Source: Amphiscolops sp. MND2022 (taxonomy: Eukaryota). From it: a stretch of 64,000 nucleotides of DNA. The stretch lies in contig OZ076409.1 of assembly GCA_964187785.1 (NCBI GenBank), positions 4,652,001 to 4,716,000 of the forward strand, read 5' to 3'. Below, one piece after another: positions 38,005-51,017 of this stretch. Below the pieces are notes generated by a model that saw nothing but the letters and a program-made list of their open reading frames with translations, searched no databases and was not told the DNA's origin. How positions within the stretch are numbered: position 1 is the stretch's first letter; the number at the start of each line of letters is the position of its first letter. A program made the translations under genes and the position numbers.

Positions 38005-39078
38005 TATATACATACACGTTTTTTAGGTCTTCTATTATTTTTTCTTGGTCTTCTATTCTTCTGTTCTGACGTTTTTTTTCTGGGCCGGGGTTTCACTGGA
38101 ACATGATTGAATGTTCAAAAATCCCCAAGGGTCCCCCTTTTAGCGCGCCAGTTCGGTCCCCCTATGGGCTTTTTGGGTGCTTGACACTTTGAAGTCCTTT
38201 TGCTGTTTCTGAGCCTTAAGCGGAGTGTCGACTTATGCCGTTCCCGGCTTGTTAAAGATTTGCAATAAAATTAACCACATTAAAAAGTAGAGAACAGAGA
38301 AAAGGCTACATGGTTTGTACAGGGAATTTTTTCTTGAGACAGTTGATTTTCAAGACATTGCGCTGAATTGTGAATTGAAATGATACCTAATTTCCGCAAT
38401 TTGATTTGACTCAAAATCATAAAATACCTTTGTAATTCCCGACGCAAATCTGAGATACTTTCTGAGACATTTTTGGCAAATTTATATGCAAAAAAATTAT
38501 TCCGCTTTCGAAAATTTCAGTTGTCATTGGTTTTCACGCGCTATAGTGCTTATTTTTGGGGTCACAAAATAGCGTTTTGAACATCATTTCACACTGTAGA
38601 AAAATTAGTGCTTGGATGGGATAGAAAGACGGCCCCATAAGTAAAAAATTGTTTTTTGAAGATTCCACCCTTGCACATAAAAAACTAGCTCATGGATGTA
38701 TAATCCTGTTAGCTCAAGTCTTTCTGAGAAAAAAACAGTATATGACAACAATGAATAGTCATTTTATTCAATTCCAAACAAAACAAATTCAAACACATTG
38801 AAATACGTTGACTTCTTTGCAGCAGCTTTCAAAACATCGCACATAATCACCAATAAAGTCCAGAAAAACATGAAACGAGTGAGCAAAAAGTGGCAATAAT
38901 CTTTATCAGGGGGGGGTTAGGTAAACGGAAAGTTGGTTATTTAGAATGTACTGTAAATCAACATTCATCTAAATTTACCATTAAATGTTTTGTTAATGAG
39001 TTCTAGAACTCATATGGGAAATATCAAATAACATTCAACGATGGGATTTTTTGAAAATTTTAAAAAGTTTGAGAAATT

Positions 39079-40200
39079 TCAAACGTTTATTTTTCGGTGG
39101 AGCTTTCCTCGGATTTTGCGAAATATGTTTTTCAACGTCTTTCGAAAGTTTTTGTTAAACTTGGCTTCCACGAAAGTGTAGAAAAGAAAGTTGAGGGTAG
39201 GTAGCAATTCCAGAATCGCAACCACTTTGGTCAAGAGTTCTTGATCACGATCTTCTGACAAATGCAGGAAGATTCGCAAGATGGAAGCGACCACTCCGGG
39301 AATGAAGCTGATGAGGACAATTCCGATTATCATTGCTATCTTGATGATACATTGACGCGATTGCCGCTCGGAGAAGGTTTTTGTGCGTCGTGGAAGAGGG
39401 TCCTGGGATCTAGTAGAAAGTTGGGCAGAATATATCTGATGATTGGCAAGTGTTTGAGATGACGAAGATTTGATTGTGCTCTTTGATTGTTGACAGGTGT
39501 TTAGCGTCACTTGGCTGGCATTGTAAGCAATTTGAGGGTTCATTCCTTGTTGGACTTGGCGAACCCTGGCATTGTGACCTACCATTGACCTTCCTCTGGC
39601 CGAATCTTTGCGTTGACTCAGGTTTTTCAGACATGGTATGTAGACACCAATGATCCCAGTGGCACTGCCAGAAATTAGCAAAGCGAACGTGCCTTTCGCG
39701 AAAGATGCCAAGTCTAGACCTTCAAGCGCAGTTATAACCGAGGTTAGTATAACTGAAAGTAGTAAAGATGTCAAGATTGCGTTAGTGCTGTATTTAACAG
39801 GCCAAGAAGTTGACATGTTGAGGGGGTCAGCGCATATTGCGACATTTCTGTGGCAAGCAATCGCAAGTATTGCAAGAATGGAGCAAGTGGCGAAAAGAGT
39901 CCGGATAGCGGGAACTACGACAGTGCGGAAATCGTCAGTTATAAAAAATGACTCTGGGGAACTTATTTGGAATACTATTTCGGCTGGAATCATAGTCGTT
40001 GCCGCAATAAGGTGTGAGAGAGCTGAAAATATGAAAAGATAGTCGACTGATTCTTTTAATCGATCATTTTTAAGTTTGATGATGAAAACCAAAGCGGTTA
40101 TTAAATTCATAGGGATACTCAACGCTAAAACTGCTATTTTTGCACCGAAGATGGAATATTTAAAGTAACTATCCGATAGAAGGGTCAAGTTTGTGTCCAT
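39079..40200 (-). CDS. Orphan rhodopsin-family (class A) GPCR, single exon, 373 aa
   Basis: Seven hydrophobic segments: TM1 N, TM3 LAIACHRNVAIC (DRY position), long ICL3, TM6 SFIP, TM7 LNFLFY, helix 8 NKNFRKTLKNIF. Uninterrupted ORF; AATAAA ~310 nt downstream. Confidence 0.88.
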   Translation of the reverse strand: MDTNLTLLSDSYFKYSIFGAKIAVLALSIPMNLITALVFIIKLKNDRLKESVDYLFIFSALSHLIAATTMIPAEIVFQISSPESFFITDDFRTVVVPAIRTLFATCSILAILAIACHRNVAICADPLNMSTSWPVKYSTNAILTSLLLSVILTSVITALEGLDLASFAKGTFALLISGSATGIIGVYIPCLKNLSQRKDSARGRSMVGHNARVRQVQQGMNPQIAYNASQVTLNTCQQSKSTIKSSSSQTLANHQIYSAQLSTRSQDPLPRRTKTFSERQSRQCIIKIAMIIGIVLISFIPGVVASILRIFLHLSEDRDQELLTKVVAILELLPTLNFLFYTFVEAKFNKNFRKTLKNIFRKIRGKLHRKINV

Positions 40201-41155
40201 TTTACGATTGAAAGATGGTTTCTTTGCTGGTTAAAATTGCGAGAATTACTACAAAGTATTGGTCGCAAAATTGATGAAGCTAAAAGTGAAAGATTTTCTT
40301 ACTTCACTTGACTGAAACAATAAAAGCAATGATTTATAGACTCTAATGCAAGTTTTTCTCCTGAGCTTTAATCGAGGAAACGAAAAAGTTTTTTTTAATT
40401 GACAAATGTCCAATCAGAAACTGAGATCTTCAGATGAAACTTGAAACGGGTTGACTAAAACTCAACGACTTACTCTGATTGGCTAATGATGAAAAAAGCC
40501 GAGATCGCACAAGCACTCGAATTTCAAACAAAAAATACAACTATACCAAGAAATTCGAACTGTAAGCTCAATGTATTTGAGTCCCGAATCTCAGCTACCG
40601 CATATTTCAAAACAAACTCAAACGCTGACTCATGAAACGGAATCCGTAAAAGAATCCCCAGAATTATGTTATTTTGTTATTTGACAACATACAGAATTGC
40701 AAAGTTAATGAAAATGGATCATCCTTAACAGTTTTCAAGATGTGAATAGGTGTTTTTAGTCGGCGCATTTTCTGTTTAAGGAAAAATGCCCGACAGCAGT
40801 GACCTTTTTTACATTCCTGAAACCACGTAAGGCCAAGTCTGGCATTTGTGGATATTATCGCGGCACAGTCAGAGACTATGTAAACAAAAGCTGCGCTTCG
40901 CGCTGCGTCTTGTTGAAGCCGTGATGAGATTTTCTCAGCCTTAGCAGGACATTAAATCTTATGGGAGGTCGTAAAATTGAAAAAAAAACACAAGGATTCT
41001 GTGAAGGATTCGGATCGTCCTTACCCCTGTTGTATACCTACCAAATCCCTATACTACTGTTTTTTATTTTGTTTTTTTTCGACTACAGTTTTAGGATATC
41101 ATCCTTATGTCTTCTGTTATTGGTAATAATTTTAGTTATTAGTATGTGAAAAATG

Positions 41156-41635
41156 TTTTTAGTCGGCGCGTTTTCCTTTTAAGGAAAAATGCCCCACTAT
41201 AGCAGTGACCTTTTTTTCTTCAGACTACAATCCTCTCACTGATCGGCCACTTTTTCGAAACTAGAAACAATCCTGAAACCACCTACTCCTAAGGCCAAGG
41301 CAAACTTAGTCCAAAGGGTCCCCCTTTCATTTTTTTACTTTTTCAAGGAAACATACAAAACCGGACGTGTCTAAAGGGTCGCTTTGGATTTTTTTCGGCA
41401 CTCTGCGACTTTTTTTCGGAATTTTTTTAATGTCTCAAAAGGGTCCCCCCTTTGAGTTTTTTGATATTTTGCAACGGAATGTTTGTTAATAAATCCAGAA
41501 GGGTCCCCCATTTTACATTTTTCGGCACTATGCGACTTCTTTTGAAAGAAAATTTTTTTCAAAAATTTCAATTTTTTTCCAAAAAAAGTGTTTTACGCTT
41601 TTTGAGCCTTAGACTTTAGACGTTCTCGTCTTGTT
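41156..41635 (+). mobile_element. HINE family A copy
   Basis: 5' TTTTAGTCGGCGCGTTTTCC...GGAAAA hairpin; 3' GACGTTCTCGTCTTGTT. Confidence 0.75.
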
Positions 41636-42243
41636 CATTGTACCGCTGATTCTTTCACCTGCACTGTGTATCTTGATCAGATTGAGACCGAAGATTTTAT
41701 AAAACACAAAACGAAGACTGAAACAAGAAAATATCATCTTTTTATTGACGTTGTTATTTAGATTTAAATGGCTGTTTTTGGCACTTTTTTGTGTAGTAAT
41801 TAAACTGATATCATGTATAAATCCCCAGTTGTTCCTTTTCTGAAGCCCACCGAGAAAATGTAGGTAGGCGGAGATGTTCGTGTGCTTAATTAAAGGACGA
41901 AAGGAGATTTCTTATTGATTTAGTCTCTTCCACAGCAGAAAAGTCCTCCGGAAATTGAATTTTTATGAAACAAAATGTTTCCAGGACTTTTTTGAGTCCC
42001 TCCGGAGCTACGTTTCTCGGAAACCCAAAACTCCTTCACTCTGTAGGTGCCACGGTTTACGTTACATAAGTTATACATGCACAAATAGTGATTACAGTTT
42101 CAGATGTTGGTGTGTCCCTTGGAATAAACTTGAGACCCGCAAAAGTCATCAAACGTTCCTATATACCGGGTTAAAGTATCCTAGAGTGAGTGGTTTCCGA
42201 GTTACATGAGTTGGGTATGGTGGTACTTTGAAGCAGCCTACCA

Positions 42244-42776
42244 TTTTTAGTCGGCGCTTCATGAAGTGAAACGCGACTATTATAGTGACTTTTCTTTTTT
42301 TTTTTTTTTTTTTTCAATCCACACGAACTGACCAAAATAGTTCTTAAAAGTTCTACAAAATATTATTGCATCAAAATGCACTATTTGGTCTAGCGAACTG
42401 AACCAAAAAGGTTTTTCCTGTTTTTCCGCGTACCATACCATACCGGGGGAGACCAAAGACTCCCCCCTTTCATTTTTTTTTCGGCACTGCGAGACTTTTT
42501 TTTCGAAAAATAAAATTTTTCCCCAAAGGGTCCCCCCTGCATTTTTTTGATGTTTTGCGACAGAATGGATGTTGAAAAATCCCAAAGGGTCCCCCCTTTC
42601 AGTTTTTTTCGGCATTGTGAGATTTTTTGTCCATTTTTTGAGTAATTTTTTCGAAAATTTTTTTTTCAAAAAATTTTGATTTTCGAGTACTGTAAAAGAG
42701 TACTTGACACTTGGAAGTCTTTTTGCTATTTTTGAGCCTTGGATATGGCGCCGACTTGGGCCGGTCCCGGCTTGTT
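42244..42776 (+). mobile_element. HINE family A copy (canonical)
   Basis: TTTTTAGTCGGCGC ... GGCGCCGACTTGGGCCGGTCCCGGCTTGTT. Confidence 0.8.
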
Positions 42777-43087
42777 TCAATTCCTGATCCCTTTTGCCAG
42801 TTGCCCATATTCTCCAGCGCAGTTGTTTTCATTCATTGGTTTCAACGGTTCATTGGCACCTAAATTGATTTGAATGGCACAAGCATTCGAGAAAGTGATC
42901 ATGTCTCCAAATCTGAGAATATTGTTTTTTGCACAAAAATAGTTGTCTCTTCCCAAAATTCAGTTTTGGCGAAAACCAGTTTTCTCAAAAGTCTTTGATC
43001 AATAGAAAAAACCAACCACATACGCTTCCACAGCAAGTTCTGGTGCAACAAACCCCAATAAAATTCTGCTGTCACTACAAGCCCCCG

Positions 43088-43668
43088 AAGTGGCGGTACC
43101 GGAAAAAGAGACTAAAATTCTAAAGGAAAGGGCGCGCGGCGACAGAGGCTTAACTGACCAAAATGAAAGCCCAGTACCAGACCTTTCAAACGCGCTATAG
43201 TTCGTTCCTCTGGTACGCGTAGTTGTGGAGATATTGATGATTTAAAAATCACTGCTTTCTGTTATACTATTCTACTACTATCTGCTATACTACTATCTGT
43301 TATATATAACCTATTTAGGTTCCTTTTTGACCTCTGACCTGATACTAATAAATAGCAAAACGGTCACTACTATCTGTTATATATAGCCTATTTGGGTTCC
43401 TTTTTGACCTCTGACCTGATACTAATAAATAGCAAAAAGGTAACTACTATCGGTTATATATAACCTATTTAGGTTTCTTTTTGACCTCTGATCTGATACT
43501 AATAAATAGCAAAACAGTCACTACCGTCTGTTATATTTAGCCTAATCAGGTTTCTTTTTCGGGAAGCGGCGATACCGAAAGAAGAAACTAAAATTCTGAA
43601 GAATGGGGCGCGTGGCGACAGGGGCTCACCTGGCCAAAATGGAAGCCCAATACCAGACCCTTCAAAAC
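43088..43668. repeat. 77-bp minisatellite (~3.5 units) flanked by ~105-bp diverged direct repeats
   Basis: Units start at 43290, 43367, 43444 and 43521. Flanks 43088-43191 and 43564-43668 align. Confidence 0.85.
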
Positions 43669-43943
43669 GTTTTTAAGTGACCTGGTTTATACAGTCTGTT
43701 CTTTTTGACTTGTGAGTGCTTTCCATTTCCTTTATGCAAAAATTCAATTCTCGTTTTTAGAGCATAACCTGAAAATACATCTGCCAGAAGTACTTATAAG
43801 CAAAAGAATCCAATCGAAGATTTGGAAAGGAAACTAACTATTCTAACGTTTTTGCCAGCAAACGTAGTTCGACAATATTTTTTCAAAAATAGGTTTTTGT
43901 TCGTCCGTAGCTTTCTCTGTACTATGTTCGTGAACTGTTGAGT

Positions 43944-45293
43944 TCAATAAAGTGCTTCTCTTTTCAAATCGCACAGGAATGAATATTCGGGGAGACCAAT
44001 ATCATCATGAAGATACTGCAAACCACTGGTTACTGCCCATGAAACAATGCACAGAGCATCACCCAAATCTGGTTCCTGATTTCCTGCGCGGGAGCCCCAG
44101 AGTATTTTGTTGTCTGGCACCAGTTTTTCATCAATTGTTACCCACTGCGTACTGTCTGCACTCTCTCTATGAACTCCAAACCACATCGGAGTATTGCCAA
44201 ACTTGCCAACAATGAACTGCAGTTGGGCGACTGATCCGTCCAGATCGGAGAACAATTTCCCGCCTGAATTCTCACAATGAACCTTGGCATTAGACCAGTT
44301 CTTCTTTTCTCGCACAATCAACAACCACAGTTTGGTTCGCTGGATTGGATCAATGCCCGTTTTTCCTGCATGAGCGAAATCCAAGGCAATTTGCTTTTTG
44401 CAATTTTTTTTGGAAAATTAGTGGAAATAATACAACAACATTTTAAATTCATTTCCAATGTGACAGTTTGGAATTGAGATACAAACTTTGTTCACATTAT
44501 TTTCCCTTATGAATTCACGCATTCTTGGAAAAAAATCAACAACTTCCTGTTTTGAGTTACAAAAAACAGTGAATACGATCATAATTATAATCAAAATGCG
44601 TGAAAAATGTTTTGTTCAAACAAAAAACTTTTAATAGATGTTAACTTCCAGGTATGAAAGAAGGTTTTACATTTAGTTAGGCTAGTTTGAAATTTTTAAG
44701 GGGATTTACTTTCAACAAAGTTTGGTTGTTTGGGGGGGGGGGTGTACAGGAAACAGCCCTTTGAACTCATTTTCTGTTTCCACGGCAACTTCTGCAACCC
44801 ATAGACCCTATTCGCGGTCAATTCGTTTCTTGTCGATTCTACAAAACCCGGGATTGTCGTCCTCTTGGATGTTTTGCTTGAGGAATTTTTGAGTACATAC
44901 AGGAAAGGAATGTTTTATCCCGTAATGAGCACAATTCGAATTTGCGTTTAGTAAATTCTGGTTTTTTCCGATGGAAAATGCATCGGCAAAGTTCAACTCA
45001 CAAAACCTTCTTGAGCAATAATTGAACGAGCGACACTTAGATATCTTACTACATTTCAGGGCGCAATGCGAAATGGTCAACCCTTGCTCACTAAAAAAGC
45101 GGCGGCTCTCAGCCAATGGAATAAGGGGTATAAAATCTTCCCAAGTGATATCTTTGATCACGGCAGGAGTTTTTGTTGCTTCGTAACTTTTCAAATGAAG
45201 AAAGGAAACATGAAAAAGTATTCGAATATAAAATCCAAACAGGAGTAAGATAACAGGAACTGCTTCGAATCTTGAATGGAACAAGTTTTTCAA
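43944..45293 (-). pseudogene. PAN/apple-domain + C-type lectin protein, disrupted
   Basis: PAN-like CALKCSKISKCRSFNYCSRRFCELN; CTLD KNWSNAKVHCENSGGKL...MWFGVH...W...EPD...C...LHDD...FLCD. In-frame TAG at 44808 and a ~360-bp repeat insertion at ~44400-44760. Confidence 0.75.
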
Positions 45294-45639
45294 AAAGACC
45301 TTTTTGTTATAAATAAAAACCTCTTGTTTTCAATGTTTTCAATCGTGGCGCAACAAAAACCGTGTATGTTGTTAGTCCAAGGATTCATACAAGGCGGTCC
45401 TTTTGATCAGGAAAACATGAAAAGTCCCGGGAGATTGAGGAAAGTTGCTTGCTTTCATTATACAGTGGTATGGAGAAAGAATGCGACTCCGTACAAAATT
45501 TCATTGAAATGAAATGAAATCAAAAATATAACAAAACGTATCCAAAAAAGATACAAAACATACACCATTACGTAAAAAAAAGTCTAACCACCCAGTTCAT
45601 ACCAAAAGTTCATACAAAAGTTCATACAAGTTGAAGGAA

Positions 45640-46310
45640 GTCGTCGGATAGCTTCTTTTTGCAACAACTAGCTGTAATCGTCGAGGAATTGATTCGTAAA
45701 GTTTTACCATAAACTCAGCCGGATTTTTTCGAATTCTTCCTGTGCATAATTCCAAAGATCTTTCAGGGTCGCCGGATGTCTTTTACAGATGTTTTTCTTC
45801 AGTACACGCCACAAATGTGCGATAATGTAGAGATCAATCAGGGGACTGCGCATGCCAATTTTCCAGTGAAGTGAACCCGTATTTCCAAAAATGGTTGGTT
45901 TCTTTTGATGTACGTTTGGTTAATGATGAATTTCCGGGTTTCTTTTACGTTCAGATCATACGATGCTTCCGTTTATGGAAATTAGTTTCTATGGATAAAA
46001 AACGCTTTTGGTGATGCTATGACAAACGTGTTTTTCAAATATTGTCCCTGAATTGCTTCCATGTTGTATATATGGTGGTTGTATGGCTGGCAGGTTTTTA
46101 TTTGTAGTAGAATTTAGTTCGTTATAAACTTTTCGAATAATATTGGCCTTCGGTTGTATAAATTGACGTTGGAACCGGATATCACTCCATTTCAACGTCA
46201 GATTTAGGAAATGGATACATTAGTATTTCTGCATACGCAAATTATTTGGATGTTACGTAACGTTTCAACACCTTTCATACTGAGCATTACACCTTTTGTA
46301 ACAGCCATAC
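45640..46310 (-). pseudogene. Tc1-like transposase remnant
   Basis: Minus strand, with frameshifts: LENWHAQSPD...HLWRVLKKNICKRHPATLKDLWNYAQEEFEKI...KLYESIPRRLQLVVAKRSYPT, the Tc1 C-terminal pattern. The upstream limit is approximate. Confidence 0.75.
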
Positions 46311-46542
46311 CAACTTTTCAAACAGGTTTGTACCTTCTTTTCAGATCGTTTATAGATGAATTAGAAAGAGAAGGAAAAAATATCACGTTGAAATAGAAAT
46401 TGCTACATTGGTTAAGAAGCCAAGAAATTCATTAACGTCATCGGTAATTGGCTAAGTTATGCTGATTTGCCATTTGTGAGGAAATTTGTTAGTCCATAAA
46501 ACGACGACCTTACTTCTGGTCATTGTATGATTTGAATGTTGG

Positions 46543-47077
46543 TTTTAGTCGGCACTATTGAAAAAAAGGCCCGACTCTCACAGTGGTTAGTTTTTTTAGA
46601 CGCGTAAGGTCCACTTTATTGTTCATTTGTTCAACAACTTGAACAACGAAAACGAAAAGATAAAACAAAACAGACGTCCAGAACCTCGAAAACAGACCAA
46701 GGATCTCCCCTTTGGTATCTTGGTGTTTTTCACTTTAATTATTTTCGGTACTATGAAACTTTTTATGAAAATTTTTGGATTGCACCAAAGGTACCTTCAT
46801 TTGTTTCGATATTTTGCAACACAATGGATGCTAAAAAATTGCAAAGGGTCCCCCTTTTACATTTTTCGGTACTGTGACACAGTTCAAAAGTCTTATTTTT
46901 TGAGTTTTTTTGATTTTTTAATGTATCCTATTGGTCCCCCCTCCCTTAAATTTTTTCTTAATTTTCAGCAAACTGTAGTTTCTAAAAGCCCTAAGGGTTC
47001 CCCTTTATACAATTTTAAAAACTTGGCGCTTTTTGAGCCTTAGATATAGCGCCCACTTTGGCCGTTTCCGGCTTGTT
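46543..47077 (+). mobile_element. HINE family A copy (empty-site version of 16074-16817)
   Basis: Same 5' and 3' termini; GCGTAAGGTCCACTTTATTGTTCATTTGTTC is uninterrupted here. Confidence 0.75.
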
Positions 47078-47659
47078 TTTCTGTTGAATGGTAACAGCAT
47101 GATTGAGCGGTTTTCATACAAAACCAAACATGAATTTTTATGATCTGCATGTTTTTGTATTGAGGTTAGAACCCGGGTTGTGATACGGCGTTTGGTTGAT
47201 GGATTTTAATCAAGGATATGAGGTTAAAAAAACGGCTTCTTTTGAGCTTGAAATACTTAGTAACCGCGGTACACTTTTTTGTTCATGTTGTCCATTTTCC
47301 TCTGTGACTTCATATCATCCGCAAATCAGTCCAAAATGCTTCTAGGAATCCTGTAATGTCACACTTCTGAGTAACTTTGGCGGTGTGCAATTTTTTTTCG
47401 AAAAAAAAACATTTTACGAATAATGTCACAAATTCGTGTTTCTGCGATTTTTCAGTGTAAAAAGTTTTAAACGTGAAAGGTCCCCACTTGGAGATGGAAA
47501 ACTTCTGTTTCAAGGCTTTTGCTACTCCACTGTGTCTCCTGAACAAACTACATTCAGTAATGTCTAACTGGAACTCAAATTCATTTCTAAATAACTAAAT
47601 AACTAAAGAGAAATGTTGACAAACAAGTATGGGAAGAGTGCAACAATATATTATTTTTT

Positions 47660-48000
47660 GGGTATGCGGAAAGCTCGTCAAAAACAACTCGTCGAAACTA
47701 AAGGGCGGAAAACTGGTCGAAAATTAACTCGTCGAATAATTACAGATAACCCACGAGGAATTATCCAGTGCTAATTATGGACTAATTTTAGTTAATTGAT
47801 GAGTGAAAATTTCAGTTTCACGCATAATATAGCTTTTTTTAGTTATAAAAAAGCTTGAAATGTTGCACTTTTAGTTAGCAAGTTCTTGCGACGGGTTTTC
47901 GGCCGGCGAATTTTTGGCGAGTTGCTTTTCGACGAGTTTTCCGCATTGTAGTTTGGACCAATTGTTTTCGGCGAGTTGTTTTCGACGAGTTTTCCTAGAT
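47660..48000. mobile_element. Foldback/MITE-like element with reiterated inverted subterminal motifs
   Basis: AACTCGTCGAA repeats on the left and TTCGACGAGTT repeats on the right. Confidence 0.6.
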
Positions 48001-49298
48001 TCTATTTTTTATTTCATGGTGGGAAAAAACAATTTCGCCATATTGGTGAGGCTAGATTGGACAACCACGTTTCACTGATGCTACAAATGGAAATTCTGGG
48101 GGAAGTTCAATCATTTGCTCAAAAACTTTGGCTGTGAAAAATAAGTAATATAGTTTTTCAAATGGCTATAATGAAATATTGCAATAGCGTGTGCAGTAAA
48201 ATCTATATTTTCACTTATTGCAGTAAAATTACTCATTTTTATTGCAGTAATTCTAATTGCGAAACAAAATTACCCATCCCTGCACGGAATTGTTTGTTCC
48301 CAATGATGTTTTCTCTGAAAAAAAAAGAAAAGACAAGAGTGATATTTTTGCCACTTTGAGTGTTAACATCCTCTGAGTGTTTTTATCCACTTTGAGTGCT
48401 TTGATTAAAAATCACTTTGAGTGCCCATAGAGACAAAATTTAAGTGAAAACTTCTTGTTCCACAGCGACAACTGTCGTGATTAATTTTGCTGAGTACCCA
48501 TTGAAATCAATTTTAATTCTAATATTCACAGTTCATAAACACAGCAATTTGTTGGCTTAATGGATGGATCTGTCTACTTTGCGAAAATTTATTGGTTTCA
48601 TCAGCGGTATAGTCAAGGTCATATTTAATAGATAAATGGAGACTGATCGTTTTTTGACCGTAAAAGTTCTGTCTAGTGACGCTTTTAGATTACACTCCGG
48701 TAGATTCAGATATTATTCCAGTCCTTTTTACACATGGCTTCACTGGTTTTAGATAGTTTTCAATCTTTTCCTAGTGGTTGTAATATCATCTTATTCCAGT
48801 AATTTTCAACATTTGAGTGAATTTTAGATTATAATTCGATTTATCATTCATCATTCAAAATTGTAGTCTAATTTTTCTATAACTCCTTTCTCGCAATCAC
48901 GCAGTTTTTGGGAATGACGTTTTCACCATCTCGGGCTGAAGCCTAAAACAGGAATGTTTTCAAAAAAAATTACTAGGTTTTTTTGGCAAGTTTTTTTTCT
49001 TTTTGCTTCTCTTGATGAGATCTCAACAATCATTTGTGGCATTTACTTTTGATCGCCCTTTCGAATTTTTATTGTATAATGTTCAAGTGCGTGAACTAGT
49101 TTTCAGTTTTCAGACCAGTAGTGACTTGTCATTTCAAAAAAAAAATTATCTTTTTCCAATCAACAACAATTTTTCCAAACCTGAAGGTGTCTGCTTTTTA
49201 GAGAAATAATTGAAGAAGAAAAGGCAACGGATTGAATTAGTTCATGTATTTAAACCAAAAACACAACCCCAACAGCAGTTTTTCCACAGCTCCCTCTT

Positions 49299-49532
49299 AT
49301 TATTTTCTTCCCGCATAAATGGGGGAGGAAAATCATCATCTGTGTTGCGTTTTTTTTTCCAAATTCTGCCAAATCTCCTCCAAGTTTCACCTCACTTAGA
49401 GTTACTTGACTATTTTAGTTACCTGACTATTGTAATTACTTAGTAAAATCTAGTCACCAGGGAGACACGAAGTAACGCTGATGCGTTACATTTTTAGCGG
49501 AAAATATCCCGGTGCTTAGCGGGCGTCTTTTT
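49299..49532 (+). mobile_element. HINE-like family B, short copy
   Basis: Shares its 5' block and the 3' GCGGAAAATATCCCGGTGCTTAGCGGGCGTCTTTTT with 55779-56180. Confidence 0.65.
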
Positions 49533-49631
49533 AAAACTTATTCCGTAAACGACTTGGTGTAAGCGTATTTCTTTTGATGTTTACGCCATGTTAGAAAACA
49601 GTATTTAGGAAGGTCATTTTAATACCAAAAC

Positions 49632-49889
49632 AACAAGCCGAGAACGGCCCAAGTCGGCGCCATATTCAAGACCCAAGACTCCAGAATAGCAAAAAAGACT
49701 TCAAAGTGTCAAAAAACCGTTATAAACGAATTTTGAAAACGGTACATCCGAACTTTGAAAACTTTGGAAACGTTTGAACAAACGAACAAAAAAAACGACC
49801 ATTCAGAGAGAAGGCAAAAAAACTACACACAAATACCCACAGTAACAGTCGGGCTTCTTTTCCTTAGAGAAAAAGGCACCGACTAAAAA
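49632..49889 (-). mobile_element. HINE family A copy
   Basis: AACAAGCCGAGAACGGCCCAAGTCGGCGCC ... CCGACTAAAAA. Confidence 0.75.
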
Positions 49890-51017
49890 TATCAAACCGA
49901 AATTAGAAACATTCTAATTGGAACACGGCTTTAGTTCTCGGAAGATCAAATGAATTCTTCAAACCTTGTCAAAATTTTGGATACACAGCATTTTTTATCG
50001 TAATTGTTACGGCATTTTGAAAACATAGACATTTTGAACGTATGGGAAAGTTCAGCAAAATTGTTGGCCTACGTCCGGCCAACATTTGTTCAATTTAAGA
50101 TTGGGGCATCTTTCAGAGGAAACATTTTTACTGCATCACAAATATTCTCGATGATAAAGGCCCTTAGAAAACGAAATACGCCAGAAAGTCGCATTCGAAT
50201 AATTAACATTCGTATGCAAAATACTAAGTAATAGCTTTAGCGAGTTGAAAGTTGATCCGCAAGAAGGTCTTGGGAGCCCACCATGGAAAAGGGTTTACCA
50301 ATTATGCCAAGTCCTCGAATGACTACGGATATTCTAGTAGCCAATTGGTTGTAAATGGAGTTCAAACTCAATCGATCAAATACTCTCAAGAAGTTCGACT
50401 ATGATGGAGCCTGCTCTGATTGAACATTCGAGCACTGGAACATGAACAATTGCCTTGGGTATCTTTCAGAGTAAGACATTTTACTGCTTCACATATACTT
50501 TCGAATTAGTAGGCCTTAGAAATGCAAATAGGCCGCAATGTCGCCTTTGATCAAGGAACATTTTCCGTCAAAAAAAGCACCAAGGGCAATGTTAGCGTGA
50601 TAAAAATTGATCCACGAGAAGGCCCCGTGAGTGCACCATTGAAAAATGTTTCCTATCATGCCAGTAGCTTGAATGATTCCAAAGATAATAGAAGCTAACC
50701 GTTTAGAAAGTGGTGTTCAGATTCAACCTATCAACTTTTCTAACGGGAAAAGTCTGTGTTGGAACTCCGTCGACAAAACTGTTTGTACTAAAAGGTAGTC
50801 CAGAGTCGCGTTGATTTTTATTGATAAAACGAAAGCATATCTATCATAGAGGACGGGAAACAAGGGCTCAAAGTTGAAAAAGTTGATCAATTTCACACTT
50901 TTTGACAGAAAATGTCAATTGTGGAAATTGACTCTGATAATAGAATTGGAACATGCTTCGATACGCTCCGCTTAAAAACCAAGTTTGTAAAACATCTTGG
51001 AAACCTTGTTACAGAAG

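Noticed and set aside
39650..40042. 130-aa plus-strand ORF
   Set aside because: Antisense shadow of the GPCR.
45463..46525. TIRs for the Tc1 remnant (TA-CAGTGG ... CATTG-TA)
   Set aside because: The match beyond the first few bases is too weak to define the ends.
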